Source: Candidatus Hadarchaeota archaeon
GTDB taxonomy: Archaea; Hadarchaeota; Hadarchaeia; Hadarchaeales; Hadarchaeaceae
Direction of reading: 5' to 3'
Assembly (NCBI GenBank): GCA_964446015.1
Contig: CAYUMT010000003.1
Span: 4,251-42,959, forward strand
Length of the DNA stretch: 38,709 nucleotides
The translations under genes were made by a program, and so were the position numbers. Under the pieces are notes generated by a model. That model did no database searches, was not told the DNA's origin, and saw nothing but the letters and a program-made list of their open reading frames with translations. Shown here one piece after another: positions 1-8,641 of the stretch; position 1 is the first letter of the stretch; every line of letters begins with the position of its first letter.

Positions 1-325
1 TGAAGACTTTATCTAAAAGCGAAATACCATTGATATCACAGGGATGGATACCGAGTATAACCAATGGCGTCGCTTCTACCTTTGCCTGTGTCTTGATCTC
101 GGCATCTATTTCGTATTCAATTAACTGCTCCTCCTGTGGAAAAACGAAAGATTTTGGAGGAGCCACCGTTTGAGGGCTTCCCCAAACTATTCCCTCAGTG
201 GATTTTATTCTCTTGAAATTACATTGGTTCTCATGTTTTACAGGGGATACGACTTCTTTACATTTCCCGATTTCATTGTTAATTAGCTCTAAAAATTCTC
301 TCTTAGCTACTAAACAATTTTTCAT
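1..325 (-). CDS. Fe-S hydrogenase beta-subunit-like / AsrA-like oxidoreductase subunit, N-terminal part only (gene runs off the left edge)
   Basis: Absent from the ORF track because it is truncated. My reverse-strand translation from the ATG at 325-323 stays open to position 1: MKNCLVAKREFLELINNEIGKCKEVVSPVKHENQCNF...APPKSFVFPQEEQLIEYE...TPLVILGIHPCDINGISLLDKVF. The PPKxFxFP and GxHxCDxxGxxxLD blocks recall N-termini of sulfhydrogenase beta (HydB) and anaerobic sulfite reductase A. The gene is divergent from hypDC. Confidence 0.5.
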   Translation of the reverse strand, partial: MKNCLVAKREFLELINNEIGKCKEVVSPVKHENQCNFKRIKSTEGIVWGSPQTVAPPKSFVFPQEEQLIEYEIDAEIKTQAKVEATPLVILGIHPCDINGISLLDKVF

Positions 326-497
326 TTTTTTCCCCTAGTCCATAATTGGTTGGTTCAGTTAAGCATCGCCCATATTATTCTTCTTTAAGGTTTTTAAATT
401 TGGCAATTTTAAGCCTCCAACATATTAATTTAAGTCTTAAATTGTCAAAGTTCAGCTTTAAATTAGAACTTATCCCGCTATATGCAGGTGTTGATTC

Positions 498-1730
498 ATG
501 GAGGCTCTGCGTTTGGATCAGAAGAGTATAAGGGAGATTTTCAGGCAGAATCTACCCATGGCTTTGAAGCTCAAGGAAACTATACGTAAGTACGTTGACG
601 CTATTAACCAGAGGGAAAAATGGGACTCTATCAAAATAATGAACTTCTGCGGCACCCACGAATGGACTACTACGCGATATGGTATCAGGGAGCTATTGCC
701 GCCATCTTTAGACTTGGTGGCTGGTCCAGGTTGTCCAGTTTGCGTTACTCCATCTTACTACGTCGACATTGCCCTGAAGCTTGCGGCGGAGGGAACCGTG
801 GTTTACACGTATGGTGATGTGTTGAGGCTTCGAAGCGTGAGGTCCGATTATCCAGCTAGCCTTGAGGAGGCTAAGGCCAATGGAGGAAAAGTTAAGGTGG
901 TATACAGTTTTTTAGATGCAGTTAAGGACGCTAGCTTGAACGGAGATACCGGCGTCTTCTTCGGAATAGGTTTTGAAACTACAGCGCCCAGCTACGCCTT
1001 GACAATGGAAGGTGAAATGGTGCCCAAAAATCTTAAGTTTTTAAATTCCCTGAGACTAACTCCTCCTGCCATGAAATATACCATCAGGCTTTATCAGGAG
1101 CTTGGTCTACTTCCGATACGTGGCGTGATTGCCCCGGGTCATGTTTCAACAGTAATTGGCGCTTCGGAGTGGGAATTCCTCCCCCGGGAGCACGGGCTCC
1201 CGACCGTCGTTGCAGGCTTTGAGCCGATAGATCTCCTGATGGCGATTGCCGAGATATTACTGATGATAAAGAATCACAGGCCTGATATAGAGATAGGCTA
1301 CAGGAGGCTCGTCAGTTGGGAAGGTAACACATACGCAAAGGAGGCGATTTATAAGGTCTTTGAGAAGGCCGATTCGGCTTGGCGTGGTCTTTGTTTTATA
1401 CCCGATAGCGGGCTCAAGCTCAAGGGCGAGTTCTTCGATAAGTATGATGCGTTGGGGTATTTTGGCCTGCCTGACATGAAGCCCAGCGGTTCCACTCTCG
1501 GGCAGGGGACTGGGGCCAAATTGGAGGGTGACATGCCCCTCAATTGCAAATGTGGTGAGGTGGTGGTGGGTATAGCGAAGCCCACTGATTGCAGGATGTT
1601 CATGAGTGGCTGCACGCCAATGAGGCCTTGGGGGCCGTGCATGGTATCATCCGAGGGAACCTGCAACGTCTGGGCAAGGCATGGTGGCATGGGTTTAATT
1701 AAATCCGAAGATCGCGGGGGAGGTGCCTAG
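498..1730 (+). CDS. hypD: [NiFe]-hydrogenase maturation protein HypD
   Basis: 410 aa. Contains CGTHE, GPGCPVCVTP, GFETTAP and the C-terminal CKCGEVVVG...PxxC...GCTPxxPxGPCMVSSEGTC blocks typical of HypD. The N-terminal FRQ..A..L...I segment matches HypD N-termini, so the start at 498 is kept. Confidence 0.95.
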   Translation: MEALRLDQKSIREIFRQNLPMALKLKETIRKYVDAINQREKWDSIKIMNFCGTHEWTTTRYGIRELLPPSLDLVAGPGCPVCVTPSYYVDIALKLAAEGTVVYTYGDVLRLRSVRSDYPASLEEAKANGGKVKVVYSFLDAVKDASLNGDTGVFFGIGFETTAPSYALTMEGEMVPKNLKFLNSLRLTPPAMKYTIRLYQELGLLPIRGVIAPGHVSTVIGASEWEFLPREHGLPTVVAGFEPIDLLMAIAEILLMIKNHRPDIEIGYRRLVSWEGNTYAKEAIYKVFEKADSAWRGLCFIPDSGLKLKGEFFDKYDALGYFGLPDMKPSGSTLGQGTGAKLEGDMPLNCKCGEVVVGIAKPTDCRMFMSGCTPMRPWGPCMVSSEGTCNVWARHGGMGLIKSEDRGGGA

Positions 1731-1731
1731 C

Positions 1732-2070
1732 ATGTGTTGGGGAGTTCCGGCAAGGGTGCTAAGCGTTGTCGGTCAAACTGCAACAGTAGATTTAGGTGGT
1801 GTAAGGAGAGACGTCTTGGTCGGCATGAGGGAGATCTCCCCTGGTGAGCTGGTGATGATTCATGCGGGCGTTGCTATAGGTAGGATTACCTCTGAAGATG
1901 TAATCGCCAATTTAGAGGTTTATAGGGATATCAGGGCGTATGAACTGGTGGACTCTGGATTGGACGAAGAGAAGGCAATTGAAACAGCAACTGATGAGAT
2001 AAATAAGTTGCTCCATGATCTTGGTATCAATGAATCGGTCAAAAAATTTAGTATTGAGAATATAAAGTGA
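1732..2070 (+). CDS. hypC: [NiFe]-hydrogenase maturation chaperone HypC/HupF family
   Basis: MCWGVPARVLSV... matches the invariant HypC MC(L/I/W)(G/A)(I/V)P N-terminus. I moved the start from the track's GTG at 1723 to the ATG at 1732, one nt after the hypD stop (1728-1730). About 112 aa, with a longer C-terminal tail than typical HypC. Confidence 0.9.
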   Translation: MCWGVPARVLSVVGQTATVDLGGVRRDVLVGMREISPGELVMIHAGVAIGRITSEDVIANLEVYRDIRAYELVDSGLDEEKAIETATDEINKLLHDLGINESVKKFSIENIK

Positions 2071-2447
2071 GATTAAAGAATAATGCACTACCTTTACGAC
2101 TAGTTCCTAAAGTTGCCCCTATAATGACTAGAGCATTATACGGTTACTTTAGTTCTCCACTCTTTATTTTTCCGGCAAGCAGGCTCCGGTTTTTGTTTTC
2201 ATTGGCGCAATACTTGCTTACTTGCTTTTGATGGGGATAACCGTAGCCGCGGGTAATAAAATACTCCGATTCTTGCGCCATTCTTATTCCAAGGCAATTA
2301 CCGGTACGTTGTTTATAATTTTCGCCCCGGTGTTTCTTTTAGGGGTTGTAGGGCTTTTAGATTTGGTTCTCTTATAAATTTAGGTCCACAACTCTCCCCT
2401 TAAGTAATACCTTTAAAAGTCAATATGGAAAATTCGTTCAAATGAAA

Positions 2448-2717
2448 TCATTTCGCCGCTGCTTCAAAAAGTCCGCAGTGGCAGTGTCCCATTGTCTTTA
2501 TCTCATCCTTGTGGTAGACGCAGGGACATATTATGCGCGAGTCCTGGGCCTTATCACCCGTAACCGTGCGGCAGGGACAATATCTGTAGCCGTACTTCTT
2601 CTCATTTTCGAGAAGTCCCTTGATTATCTCATCTAGGAATACATTGTCCGGCTGCAGCTGGAACCCCTGCTTTTCAGCATACTTTTTTAACATTTCTAGA
2701 AGACGCTCAGCGTTCAT
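2448..2717 (-). CDS. ferredoxin:thioredoxin reductase catalytic-subunit-like protein (FTR/FDR family)
   Basis: 89 aa with the CPC...CPC...CHC cysteine triad (YCPCRTV...IICPCVYH...GHCHCGLF) characteristic of the FTR catalytic domain. Divergent from the AOR gene. Confidence 0.8.
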   Translation of the reverse strand: MNAERLLEMLKKYAEKQGFQLQPDNVFLDEIIKGLLENEKKYGYRYCPCRTVTGDKAQDSRIICPCVYHKDEIKTMGHCHCGLFEAAAK

Positions 2718-2797
2718 ATTTCAAAACCTCATCTATTTAATCGCCACTTATTTAGCTAATCATTTTAATAAGAGTTTTGCTGTAAAAAGTGAGTTGA

Positions 2798-4624
2798 ATG
2801 TTTGGATACGCGAGAAAGATTCTCTACGTGGATTTATCGAAGAAAAGCATTGAAGAACGAGAGACGCCCGAGAAGCTGACCAACGGCTTTATTGGCGGTC
2901 GTGGCTTGGGAGCGGCGATCCTTTACCAAGAACTAGACCAAAGCGTTGATCCATTTTCCCCCGGCAACGTCCTTATATTCACTACAGGACCAGCTACTGG
3001 GACTTCCATCCCAGCTTGCCCACGCTGGTCAGCAGTGACAAAGTCCCCCTTGACTAACATTTACATGTGTTCGTCCGCTGGCGGGTTTTTCGGAGCTGAG
3101 TTGAAATTCTCCGGTTTCGATGGGTTGGTGATTCGCGGCAGGTCGGAAAAGCTCGTTTGGTTAAATATAGTCGATGGAAAGGCAGAGATACGCGATGCAG
3201 GCGAACTCTCTGGCTTGAACGCCGAGGAGACACAAATAGGGATACAAAAAGAGCTTAAGGATCGACGTGTTTGTGTAGCCTCGATTGGTCAGGCCGGAGA
3301 GAACTTAGTTAGGTTCGCCACGGTTCAGGTGGACATGCACTCATTGGGAAGAGGAGGCTCGTTTGGAAGATGCGGCGCCGGCGCAGTCATGGGCTCGAAG
3401 AAACTGAAAGCTATCTCGGTCAGAGGACACGGTAGATTCGAAGTTGCAGATGAAGATGGCCTAGCGGCTCTTAAGAGGGAACTCATCATCGAGATGAAAA
3501 ACAACGAAAGGGTTCAGAGGTTCACCCGCTGGGGAAGTAGTCAATTTGTCGAACCGGTGAACGAAGCCCGTATGTTGCCGACTAGGAATTTCCAGCACGG
3601 GTTTTTTGAAGGTGCTGAAAGTGTTAACGCCGAGACGTTCCGGAGGCAGCTGGTAAGGCGGAACACTGCATGTCATACTTGTACAATCGCATCAGGTAAA
3701 CTCAGCGTTGTAAACAATGGCAAATATGCGGGAACAATTGTGGATGGCCCCGAGTATGAGACCATATGGAGCTTTGGTCCCCAATGTGGTGTAGACCAGC
3801 TTGACGCGATAGCCGCTGCAAACATGTTGTGCGATCAATACGGGTTGGATACCATTTCAACTGGCAATGTCATCGGTTTTGCAATGGAATGCTATGGGCG
3901 CGGTCTTCTCCAAGAAATCAATGGCTTAAATTTGAATTTTGGTAACAATGATGCCATGATTGAGCTGATTTATAAGATCGCTCGGCGGGAGGGGCTCGGT
4001 GGGCTTCTAGCGGATGGCGTCATGGCTGCAGCCGACAAAATTGGCCATGGTGCAGAAAAGTTCGCAATGCATGTGAAGGGCCTGGAGTTGCCTGCCTATG
4101 ATCCTCGCGGGGCTTGGGGAATGGCGCTGGCATTTGCGACCGCATGTAGGGGCGGATGTCACCTAAAGGCATGGACCCTCACGGCTGAAGTTTTCGCTCC
4201 AAAGTTCGACCGATTTTCTACAGACGGCAAAGCTAAATTGGTATTTGAACTCCAAAACGCTCGCGCAGTTGTGGATTCATTAGGGGTTTGCGTATTTGGA
4301 ACTCGGGCCATAGGTGTTAACGAGATGATAAATATACTGGCTGTCACTACAGGAAGGAATCTGAGCGAAAAGAAGTTGTTGGGCATCGGCGAACGGATTT
4401 ACAATCTAGAACGTGTGCTGGCAGTTCGTGATGGAATATCCAGGGAGGACGATACTCTACCTCCCAGAGTATTTGAGGAAAAATTGCATGGTATTGAAGG
4501 GCCTAGATTGGGCAAGGAACAATTTGAACTAATGTTGAGTGAGTATTATAGCATGCGTGGTTGGGGTCAAGATGGAAATCCAAAAGGCAAAAATTTAGAT
4601 GAGTTGATTATCAAAAAAGCTTGA
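2798..4624 (+). CDS. aor: aldehyde:ferredoxin oxidoreductase family tungstopterin enzyme
   Basis: 608 aa. N-terminus G(Y)xxKILxVDLS, GGRGL, and conserved AOR-family blocks (CxxCxxxC-like region ACHTCTIA, DTIS, ELPAYDPRG, CRGGCHL). Confidence 0.93.
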   Translation: MFGYARKILYVDLSKKSIEERETPEKLTNGFIGGRGLGAAILYQELDQSVDPFSPGNVLIFTTGPATGTSIPACPRWSAVTKSPLTNIYMCSSAGGFFGAELKFSGFDGLVIRGRSEKLVWLNIVDGKAEIRDAGELSGLNAEETQIGIQKELKDRRVCVASIGQAGENLVRFATVQVDMHSLGRGGSFGRCGAGAVMGSKKLKAISVRGHGRFEVADEDGLAALKRELIIEMKNNERVQRFTRWGSSQFVEPVNEARMLPTRNFQHGFFEGAESVNAETFRRQLVRRNTACHTCTIASGKLSVVNNGKYAGTIVDGPEYETIWSFGPQCGVDQLDAIAAANMLCDQYGLDTISTGNVIGFAMECYGRGLLQEINGLNLNFGNNDAMIELIYKIARREGLGGLLADGVMAAADKIGHGAEKFAMHVKGLELPAYDPRGAWGMALAFATACRGGCHLKAWTLTAEVFAPKFDRFSTDGKAKLVFELQNARAVVDSLGVCVFGTRAIGVNEMINILAVTTGRNLSEKKLLGIGERIYNLERVLAVRDGISREDDTLPPRVFEEKLHGIEGPRLGKEQFELMLSEYYSMRGWGQDGNPKGKNLDELIIKKA

Positions 4625-4647
4625 TTAAATCTATGCACATGAAATGA

Positions 4648-4654
4648 TTTTTTT
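4648..4654 (+). terminator. oligo-T tract (T7) downstream of aor, candidate archaeal terminator
   Basis: TTTTTTT lies 24 nt after the aor stop. Archaeal RNA polymerase terminates at oligo-T runs. Confidence 0.3.
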
Positions 4655-4754
4655 AGCCTCGCCTGTTTACTTTGAACTTTAGGTCTTGAGTTGATAATAT
4701 AGATTAACGAGAGGTTTTATAGCTGGCAGTCTAAATTTATTTGGAGGTGTTGAG

Positions 4755-4988
4755 ATGGTAAATGCCTACAGTTTAATTTCGGCAGAGCCAGGAAAGACAT
4801 CAGAAGTCTACAAGAAGGTAAAGCTTATCGATGGTGTTAAAAAGGCTGAGGCCGTCGCGGGTCCTTACGACATAGTTGCTCGCATAGAGGTCGACTCATT
4901 AGAAAAACTGACTAAAGCGGTCTTTGGCGACATCCGAGGCATCCCTGGAGTCACTAACACTACGACGCTAATTGTGGTCGAGTTGTGA
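4755..4988 (+). CDS. stand-alone Lrp/AsnC ligand-binding (RAM) domain protein
   Basis: 77 aa, AYxLI...PGxxxxVxxxVxxIxGVxxAxxVxGxYDIVARIE...L...V...I..IPGVxxTxT. This is the typical AsnC_trans_reg fold with no HTH. Confidence 0.8.
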   Translation: MVNAYSLISAEPGKTSEVYKKVKLIDGVKKAEAVAGPYDIVARIEVDSLEKLTKAVFGDIRGIPGVTNTTTLIVVEL

Positions 4989-5551
4989 TGGCTCTTCAGA
5001 TCATCGGCATCGTTGGGCTGCCAGGGTCAGGCAAAACGGAGATTGCTAGAGCACTAGCGGATTTTAGTATACCCAGCGTGAGGATGGGCGATGTCGTATG
5101 GAACGAGATCAGAAGACGCGGCCAAAGGGTAACAGAGAAAAACGTAGCTAGGGTGTCCAACGAGTTAAGGAAAAAAGAGGGAATGAGTTCCGTTGCTAGG
5201 CGCTGCGTCCCATTGGTTAGGTCAGCTGGGGAGGGAAAGAAAGTTGTCGTGGTTGACGGGATAAGAGGGATAGCCGAGGTAAACGAGTTCCGAAGAGCAT
5301 TTGGTGGTAATTTTCATCTCATAGCAGTATGGGCTGGCGAGAAGGCCAGATCTTCGCGCATATCATCGCGGAAAAGAGCGGATGACACAATTACGCGAAT
5401 GGAATTCCATGAAAAGGACCTGAGGGAGCTTAGTTGGGGGCTTGGGGATGCGCTTGCACTTGCAGATGTCATGTTTATTAATGAGGGGACTCTCGACTCG
5501 CTTCATGAGAAGGTTTTAGATTTTTATAAGGTGGTCGGTGGGGAGCCTTGA
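4988..5551 (+). CDS. UPF0200-family P-loop nucleotide kinase-like protein (dephospho-CoA-kinase-like fold)
   Basis: IIGIVGLPGSGKTE Walker A, followed by MGDVVWNEIRRRG and VVVDGIRGIAEVNEFR blocks as in archaeal UPF0200. The ATG at 4988 overlaps the upstream TGA (TGATG). Confidence 0.7.
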   Translation: MALQIIGIVGLPGSGKTEIARALADFSIPSVRMGDVVWNEIRRRGQRVTEKNVARVSNELRKKEGMSSVARRCVPLVRSAGEGKKVVVVDGIRGIAEVNEFRRAFGGNFHLIAVWAGEKARSSRISSRKRADDTITRMEFHEKDLRELSWGLGDALALADVMFINEGTLDSLHEKVLDFYKVVGGEP

Positions 5552-5976
5552 GGTTGCGCGTTGAGGTAGAAGTTAAGCCTACTGAGGTTCAGGAAAAGAT
5601 CGAGGCAGCCGTGCGAAAGATATTTCCAACACTATCCCTTGAAAGATCTGGGAACTTTCTCGCTGGCGAATCAACAGATATGGAGTCTCTATCTCGATTT
5701 CATCAGCTCCTGAGGCAACAGATGATATTAGACACGGCTCGCCGTGCCATGCGTTCGAACAGGAGGGATAACTCTACACAGCTATCTTTGAACAAACAGG
5801 TCGCATTCGTCGGTAAGGTTAACTTCACAAACGGAGAATCGCCGCTTGGGCCGATTACAGTGATTTTGGAGGCACCAGATATCGAACGACTTATAGATTA
5901 TCTGGCCCCCCGTACTCGGGATGGTAAGCCTATACAAGATGTCGGATATTCAGTGGAGCGCGACTCGTCTGGATAG
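5548..5976 (+). CDS. UPF0201-family (COG1931) putative RNA-binding protein
   Basis: 142 aa, N-terminus RVEVEVKPTEVQEKIEAAVRKIFP typical of UPF0201. It has a 4-nt overlap with the UPF0200 gene, its usual partner. The start is a non-ATG (TTG) codon. Confidence 0.6.
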   Translation: MRLRVEVEVKPTEVQEKIEAAVRKIFPTLSLERSGNFLAGESTDMESLSRFHQLLRQQMILDTARRAMRSNRRDNSTQLSLNKQVAFVGKVNFTNGESPLGPITVILEAPDIERLIDYLAPRTRDGKPIQDVGYSVERDSSG

Positions 5977-6142
5977 CTTGGTTACAGCAAAGATCACGAT
6001 GCTATCAAAATAATATTTTCATTAATTTGATGTTTTATTGTGAATTTGAGCTTTCCCGGTCAGATGCTGCGTAAAGCAAGTTTAATGGGAAAAAGCTTAT
6101 TTTAAACGGCCTGTATTTTAATTCTATTAATAGGTGGGTAAG

Positions 6143-6985
6143 ATGTACAAAATAGTTGCTAAGAGCAAGCTAGCACCGGACATCATTTCTTTAGAAATTG
6201 ATGCCCCCCTGATTGCAAAGAGAGCCAAACCGGGACAATTCGTAATTTTGATGACTCATGAATGCGGGGAACGAATTCCACTTACAATAGCGGACTATGA
6301 TAGGAATAATGGATCATTGCGAATTGTTTTTGAGGTCTTGGGTAAGACAACTGCAAGGCTTTCCCGGCTAAAAAAGGGTGATGAACTATTTAGTTTGGTT
6401 GGCCCATTGGGTAACCCGTCGGATATCGGTAATTTTGGAACCGTTATAGTGGTAGGAGGAGGAACGGGCGTCGCCGCACTCTACCCGATCGCAAGGGCCC
6501 TCAAGGAAGCCGGTAATAGAGTCATAGGAATCATAGGTGCAAGGACGAAGGAGCTACTCATAATGGAGGATAAGATGAGAAAAGTCTGCGACGAGCTATT
6601 AATTACAACTAATGATGGAAGCTACGGCAGAAAGGGATTCGTGACTAACCCTTTGACTGAGGTGCTTCAGATGGAAAAGGGCGTTAAGAGGGTATGGGCT
6701 GTCGGCCCTGCCCCTATGATGAAGGCTGTCTCAGATGTTACCAGGCCGTACAATTTGGAAACGATCGTCAGTTTGAACGCCATAATGTTAGATGGAACCG
6801 GAATGTGCGGCTGCTGCAGGGTCACCATAGGGGATAAGATGAAGTTCGTATGTTTGGACGGTCCGGAGTTTAGTGGACATCTGGTCGACTGGCATGAGTT
6901 CATGAACAGATTGGCGCGGTATAAGCAACAGGAAAAAGTTTGCTTCGATATTTACAAAAAAGAATGCGGTGAATTAGATGGCTGA
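6143..6985 (+). CDS. nfnA: NfnA/SudB-type FAD and [2Fe-2S] ferredoxin-NADP oxidoreductase small subunit
   Basis: MYKIVAK..LAPDI..LEIDAP.IAK.AKPGQFVIL, GERIPLTIAD, GGGTGVA, and C-terminal CGCCRV...CxDGPxF. Start moved to the ATG at 6143 (track GTG at 6134). Confidence 0.85.
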   Translation: MYKIVAKSKLAPDIISLEIDAPLIAKRAKPGQFVILMTHECGERIPLTIADYDRNNGSLRIVFEVLGKTTARLSRLKKGDELFSLVGPLGNPSDIGNFGTVIVVGGGTGVAALYPIARALKEAGNRVIGIIGARTKELLIMEDKMRKVCDELLITTNDGSYGRKGFVTNPLTEVLQMEKGVKRVWAVGPAPMMKAVSDVTRPYNLETIVSLNAIMLDGTGMCGCCRVTIGDKMKFVCLDGPEFSGHLVDWHEFMNRLARYKQQEKVCFDIYKKECGELDG

Positions 6986-8417
6986 GATGATACCAGTTCC
7001 AGAGCGCATGAAGCGATCTCCACGCAGGATGTCCGAGCAGGATCCTAAAGATAGAATCAAAAACTTTGACGAGGTCCCGCTTGGTTACACAAAGGAAGAT
7101 GCAATATATGAGGCACAAAGGTGCTTACAGTGTAAGGATTCTCCCTGCGTGAGTGGTTGTCCCGCCGAGGTTCACATACCACAATTCATCCGGAAGATAG
7201 TCGACGAGGATTTCGCTGGTTCGTACCTAGAGATCTTAATGACAAACAACCTGCCTGCGGTTTGTGGCAGGGTTTGCCCCCAGGAGGATCAGTGTCAGAA
7301 AGCATGCGTTCTCAACAAAAAGGGAAAGCCGATAGTCATAGGTAAGCTGGAACGTTTCGGGGCTGACTGGGCAAGGAAAAATGACGTTAAGGAGAGATTG
7401 GAGACAAAAATGAAGGGCAAAAGGGTCGCGGTTGTGGGGTCTGGACCTGCCGGGATTACCTGCGCCTCAGACCTAGCTAAGATGGGCTATGATGTGACGA
7501 TTTTCGAGGCACTTCATAAGCTAGGCGGAGTTTTGACATACGGCATTCCTGAATTCAGATTGCCAAAGGAAATTGTGACTTGGGAAGTGGAAAAAATTAA
7601 GGATTTGGGGGTAAAGTTACAGCACGATTTTGTCGTAGGCCTCACAAAAAGCATCGATGAACTGGCTGAGGAATTTGACGCAATTTTTATTGCCAATGGG
7701 GCAGGTGCGCCCAAGTTCATGCAAATCCCGGGTGAAAACTTAAACGACGTATACTCCGCAAACGAATTCCTGACGAGATCAAACCTGATGAGGTCCTTCA
7801 AATTTCCAGAATTTGACACCCCTATTAAGATAGGGAACAAGGTCGCCGTTATAGGCGCAGGAAATGTGGCAATGGATGCCGCTAGAACCGCATTGAGGTT
7901 GGGGGCGAAGGATGTGCATATAGTCTATAGGAGAACACGGGAGGAGGCGCCTGCGCGTGGTGAAGAAATTGCTCATGCGGAGGAGGAAGGGATAGTCCTA
8001 GATTTTCTCACCCTCCCCGTAAGGGTTCTGGGTGATGAGGGAGGCAATGTTACGGGGATGGAATGTATCAAGATGAAACTCGGAGAACCAGATGAATCAG
8101 GGAGGCGGAGGCCAATCCCAATCGAGGGGTCTAACTTCATCATGCAGGTGGATATGGTAATCGACGCAATTGGGACATCATCAAATCCTATCGTCGCTAG
8201 GAGCGCTACTGGCGTAAATACAAACAAATGGGGATATTTTGTCGTTGACGAAGAAACATGCGCGACCTCTAGGAAGGGAATATTCGCGGGCGGAGATATT
8301 ATCCGTGGTTCAGCAACGGTTATTTCGGCAATAGGTGATGGAAAAAGAGCCGCGAGGGCTATTGATAGATACCTTTCCGAGGGCGGGAGTTTAAAAAAAG
8401 TGCAGCCGTTTAAATAA
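6978..8417 (+). CDS. nfnB: NfnB/SudA-type (GltD-like) NADPH-dependent oxidoreductase large subunit
   Basis: 479 aa. Contains EAQRCLQCK.SPC..GCP, VCGRVCPQE..C, VAVVGSGPAGITCA, VIGAGNVAMDAAR and GGD. It has an 8-nt overlap with nfnA. Confidence 0.9.
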   Translation: MAEMIPVPERMKRSPRRMSEQDPKDRIKNFDEVPLGYTKEDAIYEAQRCLQCKDSPCVSGCPAEVHIPQFIRKIVDEDFAGSYLEILMTNNLPAVCGRVCPQEDQCQKACVLNKKGKPIVIGKLERFGADWARKNDVKERLETKMKGKRVAVVGSGPAGITCASDLAKMGYDVTIFEALHKLGGVLTYGIPEFRLPKEIVTWEVEKIKDLGVKLQHDFVVGLTKSIDELAEEFDAIFIANGAGAPKFMQIPGENLNDVYSANEFLTRSNLMRSFKFPEFDTPIKIGNKVAVIGAGNVAMDAARTALRLGAKDVHIVYRRTREEAPARGEEIAHAEEEGIVLDFLTLPVRVLGDEGGNVTGMECIKMKLGEPDESGRRRPIPIEGSNFIMQVDMVIDAIGTSSNPIVARSATGVNTNKWGYFVVDEETCATSRKGIFAGGDIIRGSATVISAIGDGKRAARAIDRYLSEGGSLKKVQPFK

Positions 8418-8522
8418 TTGAAATTATCCACACAATGGCGCTGAAAAATGGCCAAAATTGGAAATATCGATTATCCTTTTTTTGAAGACAAAAATGTAAA
8501 ATAGTTTAAGATTTATTAAAAA

Positions 8523-8586
8523 GTGGGCGATGAAGAGAAGAGGGTTACGTGAGGCGAGATGAACGGAACCTTAAGCCTGAGCCCAC
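8523..8586 (+). ncRNA. candidate box C/D sRNA
   Basis: GUGGGC-GAUGA-(15 nt)-GUGA-GGC-GAGAUGA-(14 nt)-CUGA-GCCCAC. There is a perfect 6-bp terminal stem, a C box GCGAUGA (1 mismatch), D' GUGA (1 mismatch), C' GAGAUGA (1 mismatch) and a perfect D box CUGA. It sits in an intergenic region with a TATA-like GTAAAATA about 20-27 nt upstream and a T4 run downstream. The guide spacers are longer than the canonical 12 nt. Confidence 0.3.
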
Positions 8587-8641
8587 CTGCTTTTAGTGTG
8601 ATTCCTCACTAGATTTTATGAATTTGAATAACGTTCAATCG

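Noticed and set aside
346-531. Track ORF of 61 aa upstream of hypD.
   Set aside because: It lies in the AT-rich divergent promoter region, its sequence is low-complexity, and it overlaps the hypD start. It is more likely promoter DNA than a gene.
2231-2377. Unlisted 48-codon plus-strand ORF (MGITVAAGNKILRFLRHSYSKAITGTLFIIFAPVFLLGVVGLLDLVLL) in the hypC/FTR intergenic region, possibly a two-TM micro-protein.
   Set aside because: It is short, has no clear SD or TATA at a suitable distance, and I know no homology for it. It is kept only as a note and could be tested by conservation or Ribo-seq.
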